Below, in pieces: positions 26,330-37,729 of a stretch of DNA of 64,000 nt (its first letter is position 1; each line of letters opens with the position of its first letter). Position numbers and translations under genes: made by a program. The stretch lies in the NCBI GenBank assembly GCA_951406725.2, contig OX597832.1:41540001-41604000 (forward strand), in the 5' to 3' direction. Origin of the DNA: Octopus vulgaris. Lineage: Eukaryota. Below the pieces are notes generated by a model that was not told the DNA's origin, made no database searches, and worked only from the letters and a program-made list of their open reading frames with translations.

Positions 26330-26580
26330 AATAATAATAATTCGTTCGTTTATTGGCCACAAGGGCTAACAACAATCAATTAAAAAACATAAAGGGGTAA
26401 AACACAGGACGAAAGTTACAAAAGGTTTTGTCCGTTTGAAAAAAAGGTCCGTGTACAAAAGCAGGATAACAGCGAAATATAAGTAACAATTAAAACTCCC
26501 AAAAGGGGGGAGGCGCTTCGAAAGGGTTACTCGAGGAAAAACCCATAAAAGCCACGGGAGCCTGGTCAAAAGGGTACTTG
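26330..26580 (-). mobile_element. Non-LTR retrotransposon 3' UTR fragment
   Basis: Minus strand ends AGCCCTTGTGGCCAATAAACGAACGAA(TTA)n, a poly(A)-signal-like tail resembling the SINE B tail. Confidence 0.55.
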
Positions 26581-26799
26581 GTATACATTAGGACGGGATA
26601 ACAGACATAACAATACGCCTAGTCCCTAACACTTGTGAGCTACGCAAACATAATATACTCAGTCCTTTGCTATAGAGCAAACGAAAATATACTCAGGTCC
26701 TATCTAGAAGAGATATAATGTCAGGCTCAGTGACAACAGGACAAGACATAACAACATATTTGTAATCCTATAACAAATGGCATAATCTTTTTTTTATCA

Positions 26800-27113
26800 T
26801 GCTGGAGCACCCTCTTCAACAAATCGACCCCAGTACTTTTTTCCTAAGCCTTGTACTTATTCTATCGTTCGCTTTTTGCCGAGCTGTTACGTTACGGTGA
26901 CGTAAACAAACCAGCACTGGTTGTCAAGCGGTGGTGGACAGACAGCGTGCGCGACGGGCTTCTTTCAGTTTCCGTCCACCAAATCCATTCATAAGGCTTT
27001 GGTCGGCCGGTGGGGGGGGGTATAGTAGAAAGCACTTGCCCAAGGCGCCGTGCAGTAGGAACGAACTCGGAACCAATATGGCTGGGAAGCCAAGTTCTTA
27101 CCACACAGCCACA
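26800..27113 (-). mobile_element. SINE family A, diverged
   Basis: Homology to consensus. Confidence 0.82.
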
Positions 27114-28176
27114 CCATATTTTGGTTATATAACAGGCATAACAAAACCATTCTTATAGGACAATAGGTATAGCAGCATCCTAGCCATTATAGGATACTGA
27201 CCTATCAACAATTTACATATTACAGGATGGCAGGCATGATAAATTTATCTATTTTCCTCTCAAGGAGACAAAAGATGTAACAACAATGTAGTTATTCGAT
27301 GAACATAGCCAACATCATATTCTTAATCAGTGTGAGACAACAGAACAAAATAACAACAGACTAGTCAGTCAGTTAGTATAGGACAGTAGGCGTAACAATA
27401 GCAAGATGCTCTCACTCGGAAGGCAACAGATATAACAAACATATATTTAGTCACTAATAACATCATCTGTTGATTATAATAAATAAGTCTGTTTGTTAAT
27501 AACAAGACCTCAATCACCAATGAAAAAAGATGTGTTTAAATGGGAGAGGATAGAATACAAAAAAGAAAAAAAACATCTGGCAACGGTAGATTATGGTAGA
27601 TAGACATAGAGTCTGGTATAATGTGCAATTGCTGCTGCTTTCGTTAGACATGTTAAAAGTCAGTGCCATGTTTGAGTAAAAAAACAGAAACAAGATCCTT
27701 TCGCCCCCCTCTGCCCCCCCCCCCACCATTTTAAATATTAGGTGCGCGTGTACCAACACGAGACTGTATCGTGTATGTGTGTGTGTGTCTGTTTGTTTGT
27801 GTTTACATCTGTGTGAGTTATACACGTGCATGTGATAGATATATTGAGGCCCCTGTGTATCGTGTTTTTTTGAGAATAAGTACAACTATATTCCCCCAGC
27901 GTGACGGCTAAATGGGTTGGCGTCAGGAAGGGCATCCGACTGGAACACACACACACACAACCAGCAAAGCAGACATTAAAAACTAAAAAGATGACACAAA
28001 TAAATAGAAAAATAAAGACATGGATAGATGAGAGGCACAGAATGAAAGAGAATTTGAAAGCTAAAAAAAATCCTGTGCTTAAGCCATTATCATACACTTT
28101 ATAGCGTGTTGAAGAATTGTGCGAAATAACGGAACGGTACTAGTGAAATGCGAAAATTCCTGTATGGGTATATATA

Positions 28177-28418
28177 TTCGTTGCTATTATCTTGAACTAT
28201 ATAGTATGTCCAAATTTGGCCAAATGCGATTTTTTCAATATTTATTTTTGCTTGCAATAGCCACTTCTTTTGGTCAAACTATCGTATCTCCAGCTGTTTT
28301 CAGATGCCAAGATATCGTCAATGTGTAGTACACAGTTTTTGCTATGGAATGGTGAAACTAATTTTTCTGAAAAAAGCAACGTTTTGGACTAACGACACTT
28401 TTGCCTAATAGCAACGAA
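28177..28418. mobile_element. MITE with TCGTTGC termini, copy 2
   Basis: TTCGTTGCTATTA ... TAATAGCAACGAA perfect 13-bp TIR. Confidence 0.8.
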
Positions 28419-28619
28419 TTATACATATATATATATATATATATATATAATAAATTAATAAATAAAACATATGCATATATACATACATATATGTACGTAC
28501 CTACCTCTGCATGTATATATACACGCATATATGGGTACAGGACACCAAAAAAACGTCGAACACAATGAGAAACGAAAAGATAAACACAAAACCAAGGAAC
28601 TGGACATTTTTCTTAAACA

Positions 28620-28652
<33 letters not shown>

Positions 28653-28684
28653 CACACACATAGACGCGGGCGCATGTGTCTATG

Positions 28685-28734
<50 letters not shown>

Positions 28735-28892
28735 CATACACAACTTATATATAAGTCTGTTATCAGCATATTGGCATAGAAATAATTTTCTTTTGATCTT
28801 GTTTATAATTTTAACCTTTAAAGGTATTTTAATATGCAGCCACTTTTTTTATGAAAATTTTATTTTTCTGTAAAAAACACTTCATCCTATAT

Positions 28893-28927
<35 letters not shown>

Positions 28928-30739
28928 TATATATATATATATATATACATACATACACACACGCATATGTGTCAGTTTATGTAATCTGTACAATGGAAGG
29001 AACCACCACATACAGGACACACGCAAATATAATATACACACATGCATGCAGACCATGATATTTGTGCACCATTACAGATATCGACACATCTATAAATCGA
29101 TTGTACATATTCAAAAGACAAACAACAACCCTCCCCGAATATGTTGAACTGTGTATGTATGTATGTATGTGTGGAAGCGCGCGTATATCCGTGTCTGTAA
29201 ATAACATCAAAATGTGATACATATATGGACCAGAAGGCTGGTGCACTTACACTCAACAACGGACAGACGGTATAGGATGGGTTAGTTAGTGGCAAAACAT
29301 GATTATTTAATGATCAGCAGAAATTGGGGTAAAAAAAATCAACTAATTTATAGAATTAAGCGATTATATAAGCATTGGGGAATGTTTCTTTGAGACAAGA
29401 AATAAAAATAAATAAAAGATTAAATAGAGTGAGACAGAGAGAAAAATGCGAAAGGTTAGATAGAGAAGCATTAAATGTGTGTGTGTGTCTGTTTATCTGT
29501 GTGTATACACACATGTGTGCATATGGGTGGGTGTGTATGTAATCTGTATATATATCTATGTGAGTGTATATAAATATATACATATATATATACACACACA
29601 CACACACATTATATATATATATAATATACACATATATATATATATATACACACACATATATATATATACATATATTCATTTGAATCTAAATTTTTGCATA
29701 CACACACACACACACATATATACATACATACATACATACATACACGCATGTATGTCATCATTATCATCATTTAGCGTAAGTTTTCATGCTGGCATCGGTT
29801 CGACTGGAATAAGATGGAGAACTGCCCCCAAGCTCCAGTCTGTTTTGGCTTAGTTACACCAACCACTCCACAGAGAGTATCTTTAAGGGGCAAACATTGG
29901 TCAGCCCAGTTGTTCATCTTTAAGTTCAGAGAGTTTGAAACATAGGTGACAGGTGCTTTTTTTTTTTTTTCAAGAAATGTTTCCTCAACTTCGACTCGGT
30001 TTTAATTGAGCTTGTTAATAAAAAAAAATCTGGATAATTTTTTATGCTTAACAATCAATATTTTTTTTTCTTTGTTGGATTCCAAGTCAATTTTTCCCAC
30101 ACACTAATGTCTAATTTTCAGTTTTCACACAATGATGTCTAAATCGGTACAGAATAAGTAATAACTAATTTCAATAATTTTTCCACTGTAATTGCATGGT
30201 TGCATAAATATACCAGGAAGAGCGCCACTCCAGCTGATCACGAAGAAACTATATATTTAATGTTGAGTTTTTAGCCCTAGTCGAGTTTCGTTAATTTCCT
30301 ACCGTGTGCCATTTTTCCACGATCCTCTTTCATTTGACCAAGATATTTTAAATTCTTATTGTGTTTTCTAAATTTTCTGATGCCTAAGAATGGATATTGA
30401 TGCGTAATGAGTCTGTTTTTAAACGTAATTCTAAAGAATTAAAGCGGCGATTTTACCTTATTTTGTCTTACTCATTTGGGCCCAGGTAAATGTGTCTTTT
30501 ATATGCTCAAAAAGAAAGGTGAGAATTTTCCGAAATAGTTTTCTGTGTATGTGATCGTGTTTTTAATTAATGCATTAAGAGAAGGTCATTTTCACAACAG
30601 ATATTGCTTTGCAAGGTAACGAACACTAGAAAAAAATGATCCGTGTTTTTTCTTAAAGGCAAAAATGCAGTAAAACTTACTCATTCTGTCCCACCCCCTT
30701 ATATGTGTGTCCAAGATGGTACTTTCGGTACGTGGGGGG

Positions 30740-30812
30740 TAAAGGATATGCACACCACCCGTTTTCGGCGCAACCCTAAACGCCGAAAACGGGTTGGTGT
30801 GCGTATTCTTTA
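30740..30812. repeat. Hairpin, ~31-bp stem and 10-nt loop
   Basis: TAAAGGATATGCACACCACCCGTTTTCGGCG-CAACCCTAAA-CGCCGAAAACGGGTTGGTGTGCGTATTCTTTA. Confidence 0.9.
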
Positions 30813-31177
30813 TCTTCGCTCTTTCGGTATATCTAATATCTATGAATGCATTCGAATGGGTTGCTAATAGACACGTGTGTACAGACACACACGCAAATAC
30901 ACGTGTGTGTTTATCTATATATATATATATATACATTTATAGAGGGAGAGAGTATGTGTGTGTTGTGGAAGAGTGAACATGTTACAGTGGTCAACATATA
31001 AAAAAGTAGATATAGAGGTGATCTGCTGTAAGTTGATTACTTACGCTTTACATGTGAACACGTGTGAGTTGAAAACGTGGACAGGTTTTACAGAGGGGAG
31101 GAGAGACGGGGTGGTGGAGTAAGCATGAATGAAACAGCACACACACACACACACACTCACACACTCAATTATACGTA

Positions 31178-31208
<31 letters not shown>

Positions 31209-31425
31209 GTGTGTGTAAATGTAAAAAAAATACAAACTGGGACAAGAACGTAAAACATTTAGAAGACGATACAAAAAAACACGGACGGGACCATTCGAAG
31301 CCTTCAATCTTCAGTCAAGAACCGGATCATCCTAGCAATTTCGGCTGATTAATCTTGAGATTGCTCCGATCTGGCCAGCCCCAAAGGAAAATGTAAGCCA
31401 CATATATATTATATATATATTGATA

Positions 31426-31487
<62 letters not shown>

Positions 31488-31489
31488 TT

Positions 31490-31633
31490 GGAAGGTCAGT
31501 TTATGACGTTACCTTAAGTTTCCCGTCCCTTAAGGGTTTAGCTTTATGGCGTATCATCAGATCTGACGATACACTATAAAACTAAACCCTTTAGGGATCG
31601 GAAATCTAAGGTAATCTCATAAACCGGCTTTCC
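31490..31633. repeat. 144-bp spacerless imperfect palindrome (probable palindromic MITE)
   Basis: 72-bp arms centred on CAGA|TCTG at 31561/31562, about 14 mismatches by hand alignment, (TA)n on both sides. Confidence 0.85.
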
Positions 31634-32312
31634 CCACTTTTAGAGCAGCATATATATATATATATACTGCTTTACATCTTAGAGGTTGTTTTTTCGGATT
31701 TCTTTTCTACAAACGATGCACACACACACACACACACAGTGTTTTATTTAAAGCTTCTAGTTGTATGGATATATGCATATGAAATACCTATAAAGGATGT
31801 ATTAAGGAAGGGAGACGGAAAAAGAAAAGGTAGACAACAGAAAAATATAGATACATGTTTATAGCTAACGGGATGGGATAATATATATTTAAATATGTGA
31901 AGAACGATGGAGTTAATGATTTCGTCACCTCAAAATACGGAGACAGGTGCGCTAGGTATATTACAATGAAAATGAGGGTAGGTAGTCGGCTGATTTGTGT
32001 GTTTAACCTAGGCAAACTGCAAAAGAAAGGGCGCCGAAAAGGGTAGATGAAAGAGATAAAAAGAGTGGATGATGTGAAAGGGCCGAAGATTACACATACA
32101 GTCTTTGTGTGTGTGTGTGTGTGTGTGTCTTTCCACGCACACACATAGGCATAACAACAAGTGTGTGTGTCACACCGACTTTGTTTCCTCATATCTCTTA
32201 GAAAAATGGGTATGTTTTAAATGGATTTTTCTACAAATACGTTACAGAGGTCATGGTAGGAACGCACTTGCGTAATCTCTCTCGTTCCATACACACACAC
32301 ACACACATATAA

Positions 32313-32371
<59 letters not shown>

Positions 32372-32415
32372 CACACACATATATATATACACATACACAC
32401 ATATATATATATATA

Positions 32416-32545
32416 TTAGGTTGTCCCAAAAGTTCGTAAACACTTGCGAAAATTGAATTTTTACTCGCCAAGCACTAACAAAAACAACAAAAATTATTCC
32501 TCAAAATAAAGACATTTATGTTTACGAACTTTTGGGACAACCTTA
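32416..32545. mobile_element. Tc1/mariner-type MITE
   Basis: 25-bp perfect TIR AGGTTGTCCCAAAAGTTCGTAAACA / TGTTTACGAACTTTTGGGACAACCT with TA flanks. Confidence 0.85.
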
Positions 32546-33004
32546 TAAAATCAGAAGTAGAGAATTACAAAAGGTTGAGAGAGAGAAAAGACGTGTGGAA
32601 GATTATTGCAAAAAAAGGGGATTGATAATCAATGAGATAGAGAAGGGATGAAAAGGGAACAGATGTCGACTCGTCCGTATGGTACAAGTGTAGCCGTCGT
32701 AGAATGGAGAGCAGAGAAAGGAAAGAGAGAACGGATAGCAGACAGAGTAATAGGAAATGTGAGAGTTGTAATATATAATATGTAAATATTTATGAGAAGA
32801 AAGAAGAGAAAAAATAAAGACAAAGAGAACATTTGAAGAGAAAGGATGAGTGTACGAGACAACAGCAAAACAGGGGAAAGAGAAAACAGTAATGATGTAT
32901 ATATATATAAAGGGGAGAAACAGGGAGAAATTAGCACGGAGAGGTTTGTTTATCTGTTTGAACGCCTGTGAACCTATTTTTCTATTTATTCATAGAAATA
33001 TATA

Positions 33005-33145
33005 TATTTCTTTACTACCCACAAGGGGCTAAACGCAGAGGGGACAAACGAGGACAGACAAACGGATTAAGTCGATTATATCGACCCCAGTGCGTAACTG
33101 GTACTTAATTTATCGACCCCGAAAGGATGAAAGGCAAAGTCGACC
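33005..33145 (-). mobile_element. SINE family B, 3' part
   Basis: Reverse complement of core and tail. Confidence 0.85.
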
Positions 33146-33336
33146 ACGACTATATAGAAATATATAGACAAAAGACAGAGTCTACTACCACAGAACTTGT
33201 CTTTTCTGTTAACACGTCGGAAAATATAATAATCTGACGATGGTGAATGGGGGAGAAATGAAAGGGTGTGTTGGACGGTTTATTTGTGGAGATCATTATA
33301 GTAAAAATGTTTAGTGAGGGGAAGAAAAAAACTTAC

Positions 33337-33620
33337 CCTGCTAACTGTTTAGCAAGTCAACTGTTTGTTGTTGTGGTGGTAACATCTGTCTGAACAATTC
33401 CTCAACTGAATGGCTGCAACAAACGGTTTGTGTGTATGTGAGTGCGTGTGTGTGTGTGCATGTGTGTTGCTTTTCTTCACTTCTCAAACTAACAAAGCTG
33501 GTTTGCTGGCCTTTTTCGCACTGAAGAATTCACAACGAGAAAAAAAAAAGAGATATCGAAGACTACAGAGCGAACGAGAGGCAGAAAGTAAGAGGGGGCG
33601 ATTGGATGTGTTTGAGTGTG
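33337..33620 (-). promoter_or_regulatory. Candidate first exon and proximal promoter of a minus-strand gene
   Basis: Consensus donor AGG|GTAAGT (33336-33331); upstream CCAAT and GC-box-like AGAGGGGGCGATTGG at 33591-33605. Confidence 0.45.
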
Positions 33621-34184
33621 AGTGAGCTGTCTTGTTGTATAGATTGACTTAGACAGACTGTTTGACTGAGGTTATGTCATCATCCACAAACATTATCAAC
33701 ATCATCAGTTTCGACTTCGCTATCGTAAAGAACCACAAGACAAGCAATATGAAATCCTTAAGAAGAAGGGGAAGAAAAAAAGTGGGGGGGGGGTGGCTAA
33801 ACTTTTTAATTACACTTCAATAAAAAACAATGATAGATAGTACAGCCGCGGAACTGACGATCGGAAACACAAACTCAAAGATTGCATATAGACAGCTTAA
33901 AATAAACAATACGTGGCGCGTAAAATATTATTACATCCGTTTCGCGAGACAAGAGTAATATACTAAAATGATATGGAATTGGGTGGGGGCGGGGCAAAAA
34001 TGTTGGAAAAAAAACAACAAATTTAAATATTTAGAACGACACAAAATTCTTTCACAGAAGGAAACGATCACCAAATTGCTTCTCCTTTGCTTTCTCCGTG
34101 AGGTAACGATTGCTGTTCCGAAAAGTCCGACGATCAGAGATTACGCACGTCTCGTGAGACGGATTTTAAGAGCATAAAGATTAC

Positions 34185-34470
34185 CTTAACCTCTTTGATC
34201 TCTCCGAGTTCCTAAGGAGTCTGTTTGTGTTTCTGGTGATGATGGCGATGATGGTGATGGACAAACTACTGCTGCTACTATGGTTTGTTATTGTTTCCTC
34301 GCTATCTACGATTTCGGATAGCATTTTTCCCTTCCACCATCTGCAGCAGCAACGATTGCGTGCAGCAGCAGTAATTGCAGTGACACCAGCAGCAGTAATT
34401 TAGAGACAGGAGCAACAGCAGCGGGAAACGTAAAAGAAGGTGGGCTAGACAGACGGGTTCGTTTCCCGAC
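34185..34470 (-). other. Candidate alternative 5' UTR exon
   Basis: Donor AAG|GTAATC at 34184; CpG-rich, (CAG)/(GAT)-rich UTR-like sequence; CCAAT near 34964. Confidence 0.35.
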
Positions 34471-34508
34471 GAGGCAAAAAAAAAAATAATATATATATAT
34501 ATATATAT

Positions 34509-34660
34509 CCCAGGGATATCCTGTCTTGAATTCCTCTGTTATTGCCTGGAGGACTATGATAAATAGGAGGGGACTGAGGACTGAACCTTGGTGGACCCCT
34601 ACCTCTGGTGCCCCAGCATGGCCACAGCTCATGAGCTGAAACTAGAATCAATCAATCATA
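34509..34660. mobile_element. RTE LINE fragment: inverted RT piece joined to a 3' tail
   Basis: Minus 34605-34509 encodes EVGVHQGSVLSPLLFIIVLQAITEEFKTGYPW (RT motif); plus 34606-34660 is a retroposon 3' tail CCAGCATGGCCACAGC...CTGAAACTAG(AATC)n. Confidence 0.8.
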
Positions 34661-35207
34661 TAACAAATAAGAGAGACAGTGTACGTTTGAGTATTTGTGC
34701 GCGCAGAAATTTGTGTGAGTATGCAATGAATGGACGAAAGCGATAGATAAAAACGAAAAAGGAAAAAGCAGAAAAGAACCAAGAGACGTGCTTCTTACAG
34801 TTCAAAATGATGTTAAGATAAACATATGTATATCTCTATCTTGTTTGTATCAGCATCAACACACAACATGGCTTGTTCTCAACGACGACCACGACTGTAT
34901 TAGTAGTTGTAGTAGCGGTGGTAGTACGACCGAGAAAACATTGGTAGGCGCAGTCTAGCTTAACCAATGGGCGATTGCATTACCACGCTTTCTATCTTGT
35001 CCTTTCTTGTTTCCAACTACCAGCCGTTATGCTCGAACTCACCACACACACACTCACACAGACACACACACAGGCCACATTCGCTCCATCTTTACCATTA
35101 TTTATCGCACTGTTTTGCAGCCCACATACAGTTTTTCTCTCTGTAAAATCCTATTCCTTCTCACATACAAATTACACTTACATACACCTCATTTCTTTCG
35201 CTCACAT

Positions 35208-35459
35208 GGCAATCTTTCGTCTCTAGTAGACCTTTCCGTCGATTTCCGTAAAAAATTTTTTTTGTTTTTACATATGGGCTTGCGGGAACTTTTGAAGTAA
35301 TGAGCGCGCGAAAGAGACTAAGAGAAAGCGATTGTATGACGAGGGAAGTTCTTTTGAAGTTACCGTGCATGGGAAGCATTGATGTACATGTGTGTGTGTG
35401 TGAGACAGACAGTATGTCGTGTAATCAACGGAAAGGTCTACTAGAGACGAAAGATCGCC
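35208..35459. mobile_element. Mutator-like MITE
   Basis: 37-bp TIR GGCAATCTTTCGTCTCTAGTAGACCTTTCCGTCGATT (2 mismatches); imperfect 9-bp flanking duplication CGCTCACAT / CTTTCACAT. Confidence 0.7.
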
Positions 35460-35552
35460 CTTTCACATTTTAAATTCGTTTTCTTTCTTTGTTTTCGTTT
35501 TATTTATTAAAAAAAAAAAAGGTCCAATTAAAGGAAAAATTAATCGTTATAT

Positions 35553-35740
35553 TATAACAGGTCGCGGGTCTTAAAGCGACGAAAATATTTTGACAAATTA
35601 AACTTAAATGTTGAAATGAATCGAACGGGCTTTTGTGTGTTTCTTAAATGGCTTACAAAAACACCTTCCATGCAGCAATTGTCTTCGTTTTCAGCACACG
35701 AATCTCAGATCAAATCACTTGCTATGCAAGTACATCTCCG
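35553..35740. mobile_element. 188-bp insertion with 12-bp target-site duplication
   Basis: TAATCGTTATAT at 35541-35552 and 35741-35752. Confidence 0.7.
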
Positions 35741-36186
35741 TAATCGTTATATAAAATATTTCTAAGAAAAATTTTTAACAGGTAACTCATTCGAATTCAT
35801 CTAACATTTATTTGTGTTTTCGTTCGTCTTGTAATATTCCCTTTCTATGTACGATCGTTTTGATCATAATAAAGATTCCATTTCTTCCACAATCTCTTTG
35901 TTACATATCGACTTATCCTCGCGTCTTTGTTACATATGATTTGTGCACACACACATATTCTTTGTTACATATGATTTGTCGATTGCACACACACACACCT
36001 ACCCTTTGCTACATATGATCTTACCTGCCTCTCGCGCACACAGCCACACTCATACTCACACTCAGCCACACTCATACTCACACTCACCCTTTACACTCAC
36101 TCAGACTTATTTCTTTTTATATCTTTTCTCACACATAGATTCCACATTTTGTGTTAGGAACACACGCGCACACACTATCTCCTACA

Positions 36187-36623
36187 GGTACTTCTAGCGA
36201 ACAGTGGTCCCAGTGCGCACACACGCGCATCCGTGCTAGCTAGTCGTAAGTAGTCGATCCTAAAACGACTTTTTAACCCTAACCTTAACCTTAGTTTGTT
36301 TATAAAAATAATTTATTTACTTAATGGTACTACTAGCGAACAGTGGTCCCAGTGTGCGCAGTCGCGCATCCGCACTAGCTAGTCGTGACTAGTCGATCCT
36401 ACAACGACTACCTAGCAAAGTAAATAAAACACAAAATAAATAATTTTTTTACACAAAGTAAATAATTTTTATTAAACAAAGTAAATAAAACACAAAAACA
36501 GAAAGTAAATAATTTTTTAAGCAAAGTAAATAACACACAAAAATACAAAGGATCGACTAGTCACGACTAGCTGGCGCGAGTACGCGAGAGCGCGCAACGG
36601 GACCACTGTTCGCTAGGAGTACC
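36187..36623. mobile_element. TIR element (possibly Mutator-like) with duplicated left end and telomere-like motif
   Basis: ~70-bp arms GGTACTTCTAGCGAACAGTGGTCCC...GTCGATCCT at 36187 and 36326 (direct) and inverted at 36550-36623; TAACCCTAACCTTAACC inside. Confidence 0.75.
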
Positions 36624-37139
36624 TCTTCCTAAACGCACTCACAATCACATACATACATACAAACTCCCTCCTCTTTTTCTTTCTTTCTCTCTCTCTCTCT
36701 CTCTCTCATTGTTCGAAGCTGAAAGCGATCAGACTCCAGCATTGAGTAAAAGCATTTGCACGGTCGATCGATTACTGACAGAAACATAGAAACACACGCA
36801 AACACACACACATATGCTGTAGGAATACACCACGCAAACACACACACACGCAGGTATGTATACACACACACACACGCTCGCGCCTGCGCACGAGTAAAAT
36901 ATAAATCTAAATAAAAGCTGATCGTGTTTTTCAGAGAACAATAAACGGTTGCTTTGTATTGGGTCATGAATGAATGAATGGAGCGTGAAGTTAAAACGTG
37001 TTGGTCATGGTGGGAGGCAAGATAAACGAGTACAGCCGGGTTATAATAGTAACCACAGCAATAATATTAACAACAGTGACATTTTAATAAAGAGAGCCCA
37101 TAACAAATACTTAATATTGATTGCTAAATATAAGCACAA

Positions 37140-37550
37140 GGCGCAGGTATGGCTGTGTGGTAAGTAGCTTGTTTACCAACCACATGGTTCCGGGTTCAGT
37201 CCCACTGCGTGGCACCTTGGGCAAGTGTCTTCTACTATAGCCTCGGGCCGACCAAAGCCTTGTGAGTGGATTTGGTAGACGGAAACTGAAAGAAGCCTGT
37301 CGTATATATGTATATATATATATATATATGCGTGTGTGTGTTTGTGTGTCTGTGTTTGTCCCCCAGCATTGCTTGACAACCGATGCTGGTGTGTTTATGT
37401 CCCCGTTACCTAGCGGTTCGGCAAAAAGAGACCGATAGAATAAGTACTGGGCTTACAAAAGAATAAGACCCGGGATCGAGTTCCTCGATTAAAGGCGGTG
37501 CTCCAGCATGGCCGCAGTCAAATGACTGAAACAAGTAAAAGAGTAAAGAG
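37140..37550 (+). mobile_element. SINE family A, full length
   Basis: tRNA-like head, CCTTGGGCAAGT core, internal (TA)/(TG) tract, (GAGTAAA)n tail. Confidence 0.92.
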
Positions 37551-37729
37551 AGTACAAGGACATAGAGTCGATTAAAACGAACTCGAATTCTTTTGAATAT
37601 AAATGCCAAAAAGTGAAGTCAACCTTGTCTGAATTCGAACAAAGGCCAGAAAGGGGCGGGAGTAGTTTCAGAACAGCTTTCCTTCGAATTCCCAGACTTC
37701 GTAGGAAATGAAATGGGTAGGGTGGACGT

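Larger units (their letters stand above)
26170..27480. repeat. Degenerate ~40-bp minisatellite interrupted by retroelements
   Basis: Recurrent ACAGACATAACAAC...TAGT...ATAGGA-like units. Confidence 0.5.

Noticed and set aside
31290-31322. CTGAAGA...GAAG-G-CTTC-GAAT on the minus strand (also 14150-14175) as a third hammerhead
   Set aside because: GAAA box broken in both copies, one-base stem II loop and no convincing stem I
37140-37215. tRNA gene-like A and B boxes
   Set aside because: Heads of multicopy SINEs; no complete cloverleaf, and they continue into SINE core sequence
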